Origin: a virus
Lineage: Duplodnaviria > Caudoviricetes
DNA length: 53,697 bases
Virus record (IMG/VR): IMGVR_UViG_3300037125_000089
Coordinates: 1-53,697 of that record
Strand: one strand, 5' to 3'
Position numbers and translations under genes: made by a program. This document shows positions 17,647 to 26,130 of the stretch, in pieces. Position 1 is the first letter of the stretch. Each line of letters begins with the position of its first letter. The notes beneath the pieces were generated by a model. That model did no database searches. It saw only the letters and a program-made list of their open reading frames with translations, and was not told the origin of the DNA.

Positions 17647-18066
17647 ATGTTTGATAGGAAATTACTTGAATTGATTGAAAAAGATTACCCTTTTTTACAC
17701 GCATTATTACAAGATGCTGAACAAATAAAAATAACTTGGGACTTTGATGAACAACAAGCTGATCCAATACATCATAATTTTACTTATGCAAAATTAAAGA
17801 AAGAAATATCTGCTCTACTTTTGAAGATTGAAAGTATTCCGGCTGAAACTGGGGTTATGCCGAAACCGGAAATAGAATTCAGACCCAATATGGATGATGT
17901 AGATGAAATTGTTGCCCATAATGCTCAAATACATTTAGAGTACATGAATGATAGTTCAATTTGGATGTCGATTACAATTCCAGGCAAGGAATACCATGTA
18001 TGGATCAACCCAAAAAATCCCAAATCTCAAGCACATATAAAAACTTGGGCAGAGCGGGTAGGATAG
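17647..18066 (+). CDS. Hypothetical protein, apparent fusion
   Basis: Contains the 44-bp repeat copy and an attC-like motif at 17839-17860. Confidence 0.65.
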   Translation: MFDRKLLELIEKDYPFLHALLQDAEQIKITWDFDEQQADPIHHNFTYAKLKKEISALLLKIESIPAETGVMPKPEIEFRPNMDDVDEIVAHNAQIHLEYMNDSSIWMSITIPGKEYHVWINPKNPKSQAHIKTWAERVG

Positions 18067-18104
18067 CAATTATGCCGTTGTGGAATAAAATAAGGAATTA
18101 TAAT

Positions 18105-18446
18105 ATGACAGAAAAAGAATTTGAACTTGCTAAAGAAATAGAAAATGAAATTAAAAGTTATTTATGTGATGATGCATCGCTGATAATAAATAAAATACAA
18201 GAATTAATTAGAAGTATTAACAATCGGCATGAAAAGCAAGGTTATAGCGAGGGCGAAGTTCAGCCCGTTTCGGTTACGGAAAACGATATTTTAAAAAAAG
18301 CAGAGGAAATAATTCCGGCAGATTTATATAGAGATTGTAGTGGTTTTGTAACAATCGAAGACCGAAACAAACATAAAAGAAATTTACTTATTAAAGGAAT
18401 TAAAATTGGGCTTGAATTACAAAAGCAAGCAACCGCATCACTATAA
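18105..18446 (+). CDS. Hypothetical protein, apparent fusion
   Basis: AGGA RBS before ATG 18105 (track ORF starts at 17961); contains the 22-bp repeat. Confidence 0.65.
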   Translation: MTEKEFELAKEIENEIKSYLCDDASLIINKIQELIRSINNRHEKQGYSEGEVQPVSVTENDILKKAEEIIPADLYRDCSGFVTIEDRNKHKRNLLIKGIKIGLELQKQATASL

Positions 18447-18544
18447 CTATGTTTTGAGCTGAATTGAATTTATTAGAAATGAAGTAAAGTTGTTTGTACT
18501 ATATACTTAATTATTATGAGAAAAGATTTGTTTTAGGAGGGATT

Positions 18545-19159
18545 ATGGAAATTGGAAAATATGTAGTGATAGAAAGAATATCAGATAAGAAGAAATACAG
18601 GTATCCAAATAATTTAGTGGTTGATCTTCCAACCGGTTATTCAGTAGTAAAATATTCATGCGATGCTGGGGATAAAAAGTATAAAAGGATTTTTCCTAAT
18701 AATAATTCTGCAATAATACGTTTATATATTGAAAAGTGCGTTAAATATAATAGATTGATTGAGAAAGGTTTTTTTGGTGAAGGTGAAATAACCGATAAGA
18801 TTATTATTGGAGAAATCTCTAATGAACTTAAACTTGAATATAATTATATAAATACCTTTCTGTATCAAAATAGAAAAATAACATTACATGATTTTAATGT
18901 AGAAATATTAATTAAGTCTAAATTACTTACAGAAAATAAAATTAAAAGTCTTTTGAAAAAAAATGAATTCAAACATGTAAGATTGTTAGATTGTTTACAT
19001 CCAGAATTTGCACCAAAAGGGCAGGTCGGTTATTTATTAAATAACATAGGAGTGAAGGGCAAGTACGGAATAAAAGTATTTTTTTCTTCAAGTATACCTT
19101 TCAAAGAAGGTTTAGAGATACCACCAGGTATTAGGTATGAGATAATCTATTCTAATTAA
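18545..19159 (+). CDS. Hypothetical protein
   Basis: AGGAGG RBS before ATG 18545. Confidence 0.7.
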   Translation: MEIGKYVVIERISDKKKYRYPNNLVVDLPTGYSVVKYSCDAGDKKYKRIFPNNNSAIIRLYIEKCVKYNRLIEKGFFGEGEITDKIIIGEISNELKLEYNYINTFLYQNRKITLHDFNVEILIKSKLLTENKIKSLLKKNEFKHVRLLDCLHPEFAPKGQVGYLLNNIGVKGKYGIKVFFSSSIPFKEGLEIPPGIRYEIIYSN

Positions 19160-19176
19160 TGTAAGATTAAACACAT

Positions 19177-19240
19177 TTCAAAAATAACCCCAAATATAAC
19201 CGTTTAATTGACTTATAGAATTTTTTTTAACAATCTTTCC
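19177..19240 (+). promoter_or_regulatory. Putative late promoter upstream of terS
   Basis: TTCAAAAATAACCCC-N12-TTAATTG shared with 51880-51913; TTGACT-17 bp-CAATCT. Confidence 0.65.
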
Positions 19241-19265
19241 GGTGTAATAAATCAATTGTTTTAAT

Positions 19266-19889
19266 ATGGCTGATGAAAAATTAACAGTTACGGAATTAAG
19301 ATATAGACAGTTTGCTATAGAATTACTAGCAACAGCAAGAATAGGAAAAGAGAAATCTTTTAACCTAACTAAAGCTTATAAAACAGTTTATGGAGATTCT
19401 GTTAGTGATGCAACTGCAAATGTTAATGCATCAAAATTACTAAAAAATGCTAAGGTCAAAAAGTACTTAAATGAATACACTAAAAAGTTTTTCGGGAATA
19501 AAGAGAAGTATGTTAAAAAATTACTAGCTGAATTAAAAGAGATTGCACATAGTGATATAACAAATTACTTGGAGTGGAGAACTGAATCACAAGTTGTAGG
19601 TTTAGACCCAATTACCGGTCAAGAAGTATATGCTTATCGTCCAATAATAGAACTTAAAGATAGCGTTGATGTAAACGGTAAGTTGGTAAAATCTGTATCA
19701 TTAAGCAAAGAAGGTGTTTTTAAGTTTGAAATGTATGATAAACAAAAAGCACAAGATATATTATCAAAAATATATGAAATTCAAAATGATGTAACAGTTA
19801 AACCTACTATTGTAAATAATGGTGAAGGTAATACAACAGTTAATGTTTATCTCCCGGCAAAAAATAAATTGGAAATACCAAACAATTAA
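19266..19889 (+). CDS. terS: Terminase small subunit
   Basis: FNLTKAYK..YG...ATANVNASKLLKNAKVKKYL HTH; ELKEIA.SDI; KFEMYDKQKA; directly upstream of terL. Confidence 0.88.
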   Translation: MADEKLTVTELRYRQFAIELLATARIGKEKSFNLTKAYKTVYGDSVSDATANVNASKLLKNAKVKKYLNEYTKKFFGNKEKYVKKLLAELKEIAHSDITNYLEWRTESQVVGLDPITGQEVYAYRPIIELKDSVDVNGKLVKSVSLSKEGVFKFEMYDKQKAQDILSKIYEIQNDVTVKPTIVNNGEGNTTVNVYLPAKNKLEIPNN

Positions 19890-21390
19890 TATGATAAAAA
19901 TAATAGTAATAATTCTATTTATGAATTTAGTGCCAAACAGCAAGCCTCAGGAAGAATTTTTAGCGTCTTCCGAATACGAGGTACTTTACGGGGGTGCTGC
20001 AGGGGGTGGCAAAACAAGAGCAATTGTAATGGACCCGCTAAGGTATATAGATTATCAAGATTACACTGCTATAATATTTCGTAGAACCTATCCAGAACTT
20101 GATGGATCGGTATTACCAGAAGCATTAAGTATTTATAAGAATTTATTTAATGCCAGGTATAATGATTCTAAACATATTTTTACATTTCCAAGCGGCGCAT
20201 GGATTAGATTAGCATATATGAAAAAAGCTTCAGACTGGATGAACTACCAGGGGCACGAGTATGCCGGACAATATTATGACGAATTAACCCACTTTACTGA
20301 AGATCAATATTTAAAATTAGGTGCTTGGAATAGATCAAAAGTTGACGGAATAGAACCATATCGTAGATCAACATCTAACCCAGGTGGACCGGGTCATTTG
20401 TGGGTAAAAAAAAGATTTCCAGATAAATCACTACCTATTAAAGACGGGCCTTTAAGATACTCATTGTTAGCTAATATGATGTGGCAGCCAATGAAAGCAG
20501 GTCAAACATATTGGGATATTAATGAGTTTGGGCATAAGTTATCTAGAAGGTTTATACCGGCCAGGGTTTTTGATAACAAGGATTTGTTAAGAAGAAATCC
20601 TAATTATTTAGCTCAGTTGTTACAATTACCTAAAAGAATGCAAAAGGCTCTTATTGAAGGTGATTGGAATGCATTCGAAGGTCAATTTTTTGATTTTGAT
20701 TATTATAGACAAGTTATAACAAAACCTTTCTTGATACCGCGAGAGTGGAGATTAGTTGGCAGTTTAGATCCCGGTTATTCAGCTCCTTGTTCATTTAGTT
20801 TAGGTGCAATGGATTTTATGGAAAATTATTACAGGATTTCTACTTACTATCAAAAAGGATTATCACCTACCAAACACGCAATAAATATAAAAACATTTAT
20901 AAAAAATTTACCCTGGACAGAAGGAAGAATGCCGGAATTAATCGTTGCAGACCCTTATGCCTGGGCAAAGAGAGACAGACATGCTGTATTGGAAAGTAAA
21001 AAGACCTTTGCAGATGTATGTATGGAAGAAGGTTTAGTTTTATCAAAAGCCAATAACGATAGAACTATTGGCTGGTGGGCAATGAAAGATATGATGACAA
21101 TGATTGATGAGGATACCGGAGATTATAAATATTTTGTATTTGACAAATTGAATGTACCATTTCTTGAGCAAATAGTATCAACGAGTTCTGATGAAAACGA
21201 CCCGGAAGATATTGAAGGCAAAGGACTTAATAAAAATATTGAAGATCATTGCATTGATGAAGAAAGATACAGATGTATGGCTATTTATAAACCAACAGCA
21301 CAGCCGGAAGATTTACCGGGGAGTAGTGGAAGAAGTGCAAGAAGAAATAAAAAGAAAAATGAACGGCCAAAAGGTTCGTTTACGCTTTAG
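19819..21390 (+). CDS. terL: Terminase large subunit (true start likely 19891 or 19921)
   Basis: PQEEF adenine-binding motif, Walker A YGGAAGGGKT, Walker B YYDELTHF, STSNPGGPGH, nuclease motifs SLDPGY and EDHCIDEERY. Confidence 0.95.
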   Translation: MVKVIQQLMFISRQKINWKYQTINMIKIIVIILFMNLVPNSKPQEEFLASSEYEVLYGGAAGGGKTRAIVMDPLRYIDYQDYTAIIFRRTYPELDGSVLPEALSIYKNLFNARYNDSKHIFTFPSGAWIRLAYMKKASDWMNYQGHEYAGQYYDELTHFTEDQYLKLGAWNRSKVDGIEPYRRSTSNPGGPGHLWVKKRFPDKSLPIKDGPLRYSLLANMMWQPMKAGQTYWDINEFGHKLSRRFIPARVFDNKDLLRRNPNYLAQLLQLPKRMQKALIEGDWNAFEGQFFDFDYYRQVITKPFLIPREWRLVGSLDPGYSAPCSFSLGAMDFMENYYRISTYYQKGLSPTKHAINIKTFIKNLPWTEGRMPELIVADPYAWAKRDRHAVLESKKTFADVCMEEGLVLSKANNDRTIGWWAMKDMMTMIDEDTGDYKYFVFDKLNVPFLEQIVSTSSDENDPEDIEGKGLNKNIEDHCIDEERYRCMAIYKPTAQPEDLPGSSGRSARRNKKKNERPKGSFTL

Positions 21391-21422
21391 TTGCAAGTTT
21401 CAAAAAATATAGGATAGACAAT

Positions 21423-23588
21423 TTGATAGCAAGGCATTACGATATCGGAATAAATTCAGATTCAACTTTTTATCTGTATAAAGCTTATTCAAAGCTAAAA
21501 AAACAGTTCAAAGAAATACATGATACGATGCAAGAAAATTATAACATGTGTATAACAAAGACCCAAATACCAAAGGATTTTAAGGAATGGTTAGAATCTA
21601 AAGATAGGACAGCTTACGCTTACAATTTAATAGCGCCTATTCTGAAGTCAATATCTTCGATGGAAAGAGGTTCGAGAAAAAAAGTTATCGCAATTCCCAG
21701 AACTGAAGAAGATAATGTATTTGTTGAAAAATTTAATTATGTACTGGATCATTATAAAGATAAAGGAAAATTTGATTATTATATAACAAGAGCTCATTTG
21801 GATGCAATAATTGCGATGTATTCATTTGTATTTCAATATTGGGGATATGACCCGGAAACAGATGAAGGAAAAATATTTTATACTGCACTTAATCCAATGA
21901 AAGCAATGTTTGAATTGAATGATACAATTGATACGAGTATGAGTAAATGTAATTACATCATGATAGAATCGGACTTAACCGTTGAAGAAATTATTGAGAT
22001 GTATGCACTTCATAATGAAGAATTAGCTAAACAAATTATACTACAAGCCTCAAATTATATTGAAAGCAGGAATATTTCTTTGAAGGAATTTATTTCGGAA
22101 AATATTAGAAGAATAATAGATTCTGCAATGGATTTTTTCAGTGCTTCAGGTTATAGTACAGAACCAAATTATAATATTCAAAAAGATAAATCATTATTTG
22201 ATTCAAATACAGGCAGATTTAAAGTCGTTGAAATTCATGAAAGAAGGCGTGATAAAAGGTTATTTATAAGAAATTACGATGATTACGAAAAATATGATAT
22301 AACAGACAATGTAAAAGATGAAAACGGAAGAATATCAAATGAATTAATCGGACGTTTAAGAGATACAAAATTTAAAAACAGTAGCGATCCTAAGCCTTTC
22401 ATGAAAACAAATAATTATATTGTTGCAAATTGTCCGGCATTGGAAATAATGCTGCAAAATGATATGTACACTGAGAGATTACCTAATAACAATTTTGCAT
22501 TAACCATGATACCCGCTTATGATTATAGTCAGGATATTAGTAAAATGCAATCGGTAGTAAGTGAAATAATTGATGTTCAGAGTGACTACAATAAATCAAG
22601 AAATATAATACAGGATATGCTTATAAGGTACATTAGAAAAGGTTATTTGGTGAAGGAAAATGCAATAAAAGAATATATGGAAGATTTCGAGGAAAATAAA
22701 TTTTATAAACGAGTAAAAGGTGGTCAAGGGCCTATAGGTGATCTTATAAAAGAGGAAGAAGTGCCCAGGGTAACACCGGAATTAATAAGAGAAGGAGAGG
22801 AATCAAAACATTTAATGCATGTAATTACAAATGTAACCCCATCTCTTGAAGGGAGAAGTGAAGATTCTAACCAGAGCGGGAAAAAATATATAGCATTACG
22901 AGAGCAATCGGAAAAGAATTTAACAATGCTATTTGATAATCTAAATTTTTCAAAAATAATAATAGTAGAAAACACTGCAAAATTAGTACAAGCTAATGTA
23001 AAAGAAGAAACAGTAATAAGAATAAATGAGGATTTAACAGATAATTACAGCTTCTTTAAAATTAATCAAATTATACCGGTTATTAACCCACGCGGTTATC
23101 TTGCTTATAAAAAGATAAATGATATATCAAAAGGTAATTATGATTTTAAGATAGCCAACAGTCCTTATGGAGCTACGGCAAGAGAAAGGGAATATGCTAA
23201 AGAGGCAGAAATTTTTGAAATTGTAATGAAACTTGATGCTAAACTTGCACTAAAAGGATTACCGTTGTTATTGAAGTCAAGTGATTTGGGTAATAGATAT
23301 GATTGGGTTGAGTTAATTCAAAAACATTTGGGAGAGGTTGATAATGTGAACCCGGCAATGAAACAAATGATGTCTATTATGCAACAGCTTGAAATTAAAG
23401 GTAAAGAACTGGAAAATAACAAGAAAGCTGTAGAAATTAAAAAAATTATGGTAGATGTATTAAATAAATATCAGGACTTAAAGAAAAAATCAATTGAAAA
23501 TGAAAATTATAAGAATGAGTTAGCAATTGAGAGTATGCTGAATAATCCATATTCGTTTGGTAGTAACGGTTATAGGATGGTTTCTTGA
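21423..23588 (+). CDS. Portal protein (P22/N4-like)
   Basis: Follows terL; 721 aa; YNLIAPI, DVQSDYNK, SLEG....QSGK, DISKGNYDF, ATARERE; C-terminal coiled coil. Confidence 0.85.
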   Translation: MIARHYDIGINSDSTFYLYKAYSKLKKQFKEIHDTMQENYNMCITKTQIPKDFKEWLESKDRTAYAYNLIAPILKSISSMERGSRKKVIAIPRTEEDNVFVEKFNYVLDHYKDKGKFDYYITRAHLDAIIAMYSFVFQYWGYDPETDEGKIFYTALNPMKAMFELNDTIDTSMSKCNYIMIESDLTVEEIIEMYALHNEELAKQIILQASNYIESRNISLKEFISENIRRIIDSAMDFFSASGYSTEPNYNIQKDKSLFDSNTGRFKVVEIHERRRDKRLFIRNYDDYEKYDITDNVKDENGRISNELIGRLRDTKFKNSSDPKPFMKTNNYIVANCPALEIMLQNDMYTERLPNNNFALTMIPAYDYSQDISKMQSVVSEIIDVQSDYNKSRNIIQDMLIRYIRKGYLVKENAIKEYMEDFEENKFYKRVKGGQGPIGDLIKEEEVPRVTPELIREGEESKHLMHVITNVTPSLEGRSEDSNQSGKKYIALREQSEKNLTMLFDNLNFSKIIIVENTAKLVQANVKEETVIRINEDLTDNYSFFKINQIIPVINPRGYLAYKKINDISKGNYDFKIANSPYGATAREREYAKEAEIFEIVMKLDAKLALKGLPLLLKSSDLGNRYDWVELIQKHLGEVDNVNPAMKQMMSIMQQLEIKGKELENNKKAVEIKKIMVDVLNKYQDLKKKSIENENYKNELAIESMLNNPYSFGSNGYRMVS

Positions 23589-23773
23589 AAAAGGAAGATG
23601 TTAAAAAAGCTATTGATGATCTTAACGGGATGAAGATTGCTTATAAACTGGAATTAAATACTAAAGGAGATGGTGAAATAAAATTAAATTTTAGTACAAA
23701 CGAGAATGGATTAAGATATTTGTTGAGTAATAATAGATTTTCTTCATTTTCAAAAAAGAAAATGAATTTATGA
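23585..23773 (+). CDS. Hypothetical protein
   Basis: TTGA overlap with the portal stop; 62 aa. Confidence 0.5.
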   Translation: MKKEDVKKAIDDLNGMKIAYKLELNTKGDGEIKLNFSTNENGLRYLLSNNRFSSFSKKKMNL

Positions 23774-23870
23774 AAATATTGTGACGCAATGTATGCGTCA
23801 CCTACAAAAATAAAATATAACCGGGAATAGTTTTTGTAAAACCCGGATAAAAGGGATAATCAATAAAACG

Positions 23871-23910
23871 ACCCCTTTTAAGTGCTGAACCGTACTTGAA
23901 AGGGGTTTTA
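23871..23910 (+). terminator. Probable intrinsic terminator/attenuator
   Basis: 15-bp stem accccttttaagtgc/gtacttgaaaggggt (two G-U pairs), 6-nt loop, followed by a T-rich tract. Confidence 0.7.
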
Positions 23911-23939
23911 AATTTTAAACAAAAAAAAGGGGGAGGAAA

Positions 23940-24461
23940 ATGAGACCATCATTTAAGAATTTGTTAAATGCATTAACCGTTTTGTTATTGTTTGGATATT
24001 TATTCGGGCAGGATACAAACAAAGTTGATTGGAATAATTATCAAATAGATCAAACAATGTTTGTAAGGTGGAATTTTACGGCCGATTCCGGAGCAACCAG
24101 AACGGGTAAAGCTTTTCCAATGGTATTTTATGACGGAAATGATTTTTCAACTAATCCCATAGCAGGGTATTATTCCATAACGGCAAGTAATAGCGGAGAG
24201 GCAATCGATTCATTAGAAGGAAAATTGTTATTAGGAGTAAGCTACGGCAACGGGGAATCAGTTAAGATAGATACTGTAATAGTAAAAAGTACTGCAGAAA
24301 ATGATACAACATTGACCGGTAATTTTGAATTTGATCTTGTTAATTCAGACACTGTGAAAGTTAGAGGGGAAAACTATTTCTTCGAATTTATAGCAGAAAC
24401 AAGTAATGTATTAAGCGGTTTTGTAGAGATTGTAATTGATAAACCGGAAAGTAATAGGTAG
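23940..24461 (+). CDS. Signal-peptide-bearing beta-rich protein in the head module
   Basis: GGGGAGG RBS; MRPSFKNLLNALTVLLLFGYLFG|Q. Confidence 0.75.
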   Translation: MRPSFKNLLNALTVLLLFGYLFGQDTNKVDWNNYQIDQTMFVRWNFTADSGATRTGKAFPMVFYDGNDFSTNPIAGYYSITASNSGEAIDSLEGKLLLGVSYGNGESVKIDTVIVKSTAENDTTLTGNFEFDLVNSDTVKVRGENYFFEFIAETSNVLSGFVEIVIDKPESNR

Positions 24462-24509
24462 TACAACAACAAAAACAATTTTTTAATAAAAAATAAATCC
24501 GAGATAAAA

Positions 24510-24833
24510 ATGGATGCAAACGAGAAAAAGGAATTTAAAGAAAATCTGAAATCTAAATTGACTGATGTGCAGCAACAGATAAAAAGAGATTTGCAAAGAT
24601 CAAAATCAGATCAAAAAGTTAATTCGATAGAATATGATGGTCAAGATTATATATGTAGGTTCGAAGCTAAGTTACAACATAAAAAGAAAAATAAAAGCGG
24701 AGTTGATAAGGAAATCTCAACAGAATATAACTGGGAAAACTGGACACAAGCTTTTAGTTCATTAGATGAAATGATGAAATATATCAAAGCATTTTTTGAT
24801 GATTTTGATTCTATTGTTGCAAGCATGAAGTAG
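24510..24833 (+). CDS. Hypothetical protein
   Basis: 107-aa ORF in the head module. Confidence 0.7.
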   Translation: MDANEKKEFKENLKSKLTDVQQQIKRDLQRSKSDQKVNSIEYDGQDYICRFEAKLQHKKKNKSGVDKEISTEYNWENWTQAFSSLDEMMKYIKAFFDDFDSIVASMK

Positions 24834-24887
24834 ATACATGGTCCAAGTTACAGGTTTCAATTTTTATAATTAATCAAGGCGGGAAAA

Positions 24888-26105
24888 ATGGAAAACAAAT
24901 TAGAAAATAATAATGATAAAATAAATGACGTATTGGATTCTGAAATTGATTCACCTGAAAAAGCTGAAGAATTTTTGAATATGGTATATGAAAATGATCT
25001 GAAAGATATTGAAGAAGAAGTTAAGGAAGATAACTCTTCCGAAGAAACCGGACACGGCGATGAACCAGATGAAAAAGGTAAGCAACCCCCTTCAACACCC
25101 CCCGATAAGGATAAAACGGGAGACGGCGATGAGAAGGACACGGATGCTGACCAACCTACCGATAAGGAGGTAGGTGAGGAGAAATCATCTAAAAAAGAGC
25201 CCCCGGAAATAGAACCGGAAAAGTTAACTGTAACCGAATCTTTCATTAATCAATTTGAAGAAGATGAAAAGAAAAATTTGTCTAAGTATTTAGGCAAACC
25301 TATGACCGAAATTGCAAAGGCTTTACATCATAGCCAAACAAAACTAGGTAAAACAAAAAGAACACCTATCATTCCGGATACAGCACCGAATATTACGAAG
25401 CTTGAAGATTCGGATAAAGAATTATTAACGAAAATGAAAATAGATTCTTTAAAAATAGCTTATCCGAATATGGACTGGGATGATCCGGAAAAATTGAAGG
25501 AACAGCTAAACGATATCAATGAAAATGATTTTACAGAAGCTCAAGAAATTATTGCTAAAAAGAAAGAAATAGAAACCCAGGTTACCAATGAGTTTAATAC
25601 CCTGATGTATGTGAAGAATAATCACAAACAAATATTAAACGACAGTGCTAAAAGTGCTTTTACCGGTTTTACAGAGAAATTAAGCAGGCTGCCGGTAATA
25701 GGGAAAAACGTTGATCAATTTATTGAACAATCCGGCTTGAATTTTACAAAGCTAGATGAAAATAACAAAAATGAATTGTTCAGTTTTCTTGTATCAGACG
25801 GTAACGGTAATATAGATCCTCAAGTAGTTACCAGCTTGCAAGTCGGCAATGAATCATTAAAGGTAATTATACCGGAAGCACTTGAAAATAAAGCTTTAAT
25901 ATCATTTCTGCCATACATAGCATACAGAATTTTTGACCAGGGATATAAAACCGGTTATTCAGAACGAAGCAATAATAAAGAAGTAAATTCTCTACTGAAA
26001 GACAAAGGAGGTACCAAAACTAAAACTTCTTTAACACTTGAAGATATCGACAAAGCTGATCCTGATGAATTAACCAAAATAATTGAAACCGAATTTAGCA
26101 TGTAA
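24888..26105 (+). CDS. Probable capsid scaffolding protein
   Basis: Very acidic low-complexity N-terminus, helical remainder, immediately before the major capsid gene. Confidence 0.7.
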   Translation: MENKLENNNDKINDVLDSEIDSPEKAEEFLNMVYENDLKDIEEEVKEDNSSEETGHGDEPDEKGKQPPSTPPDKDKTGDGDEKDTDADQPTDKEVGEEKSSKKEPPEIEPEKLTVTESFINQFEEDEKKNLSKYLGKPMTEIAKALHHSQTKLGKTKRTPIIPDTAPNITKLEDSDKELLTKMKIDSLKIAYPNMDWDDPEKLKEQLNDINENDFTEAQEIIAKKKEIETQVTNEFNTLMYVKNNHKQILNDSAKSAFTGFTEKLSRLPVIGKNVDQFIEQSGLNFTKLDENNKNELFSFLVSDGNGNIDPQVVTSLQVGNESLKVIIPEALENKALISFLPYIAYRIFDQGYKTGYSERSNNKEVNSLLKDKGGTKTKTSLTLEDIDKADPDELTKIIETEFSM

Positions 26106-26130
26106 TTAAAAATTCATTGGGGGAAAAATA

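Noticed and set aside
16463-17809. Possible DGR template/variable repeat pair
   Set aside because: The copies are identical with no adenine-specific differences, only 44 bp long, and no reverse transcriptase is encoded in the window.
19819-19920. Hydrophobic N-terminal extension on terL (MIKIIVIILF) as a signal peptide
   Set aside because: It is short, the track start overlaps terS, and ATG 19921 gives a normal terminase N-terminus; probably a start-call artefact.
23781-23910. tRNA or known riboswitch
   Set aside because: No cloverleaf, no T-loop consensus and no recognisable aptamer; kept only as an unexplained structure.
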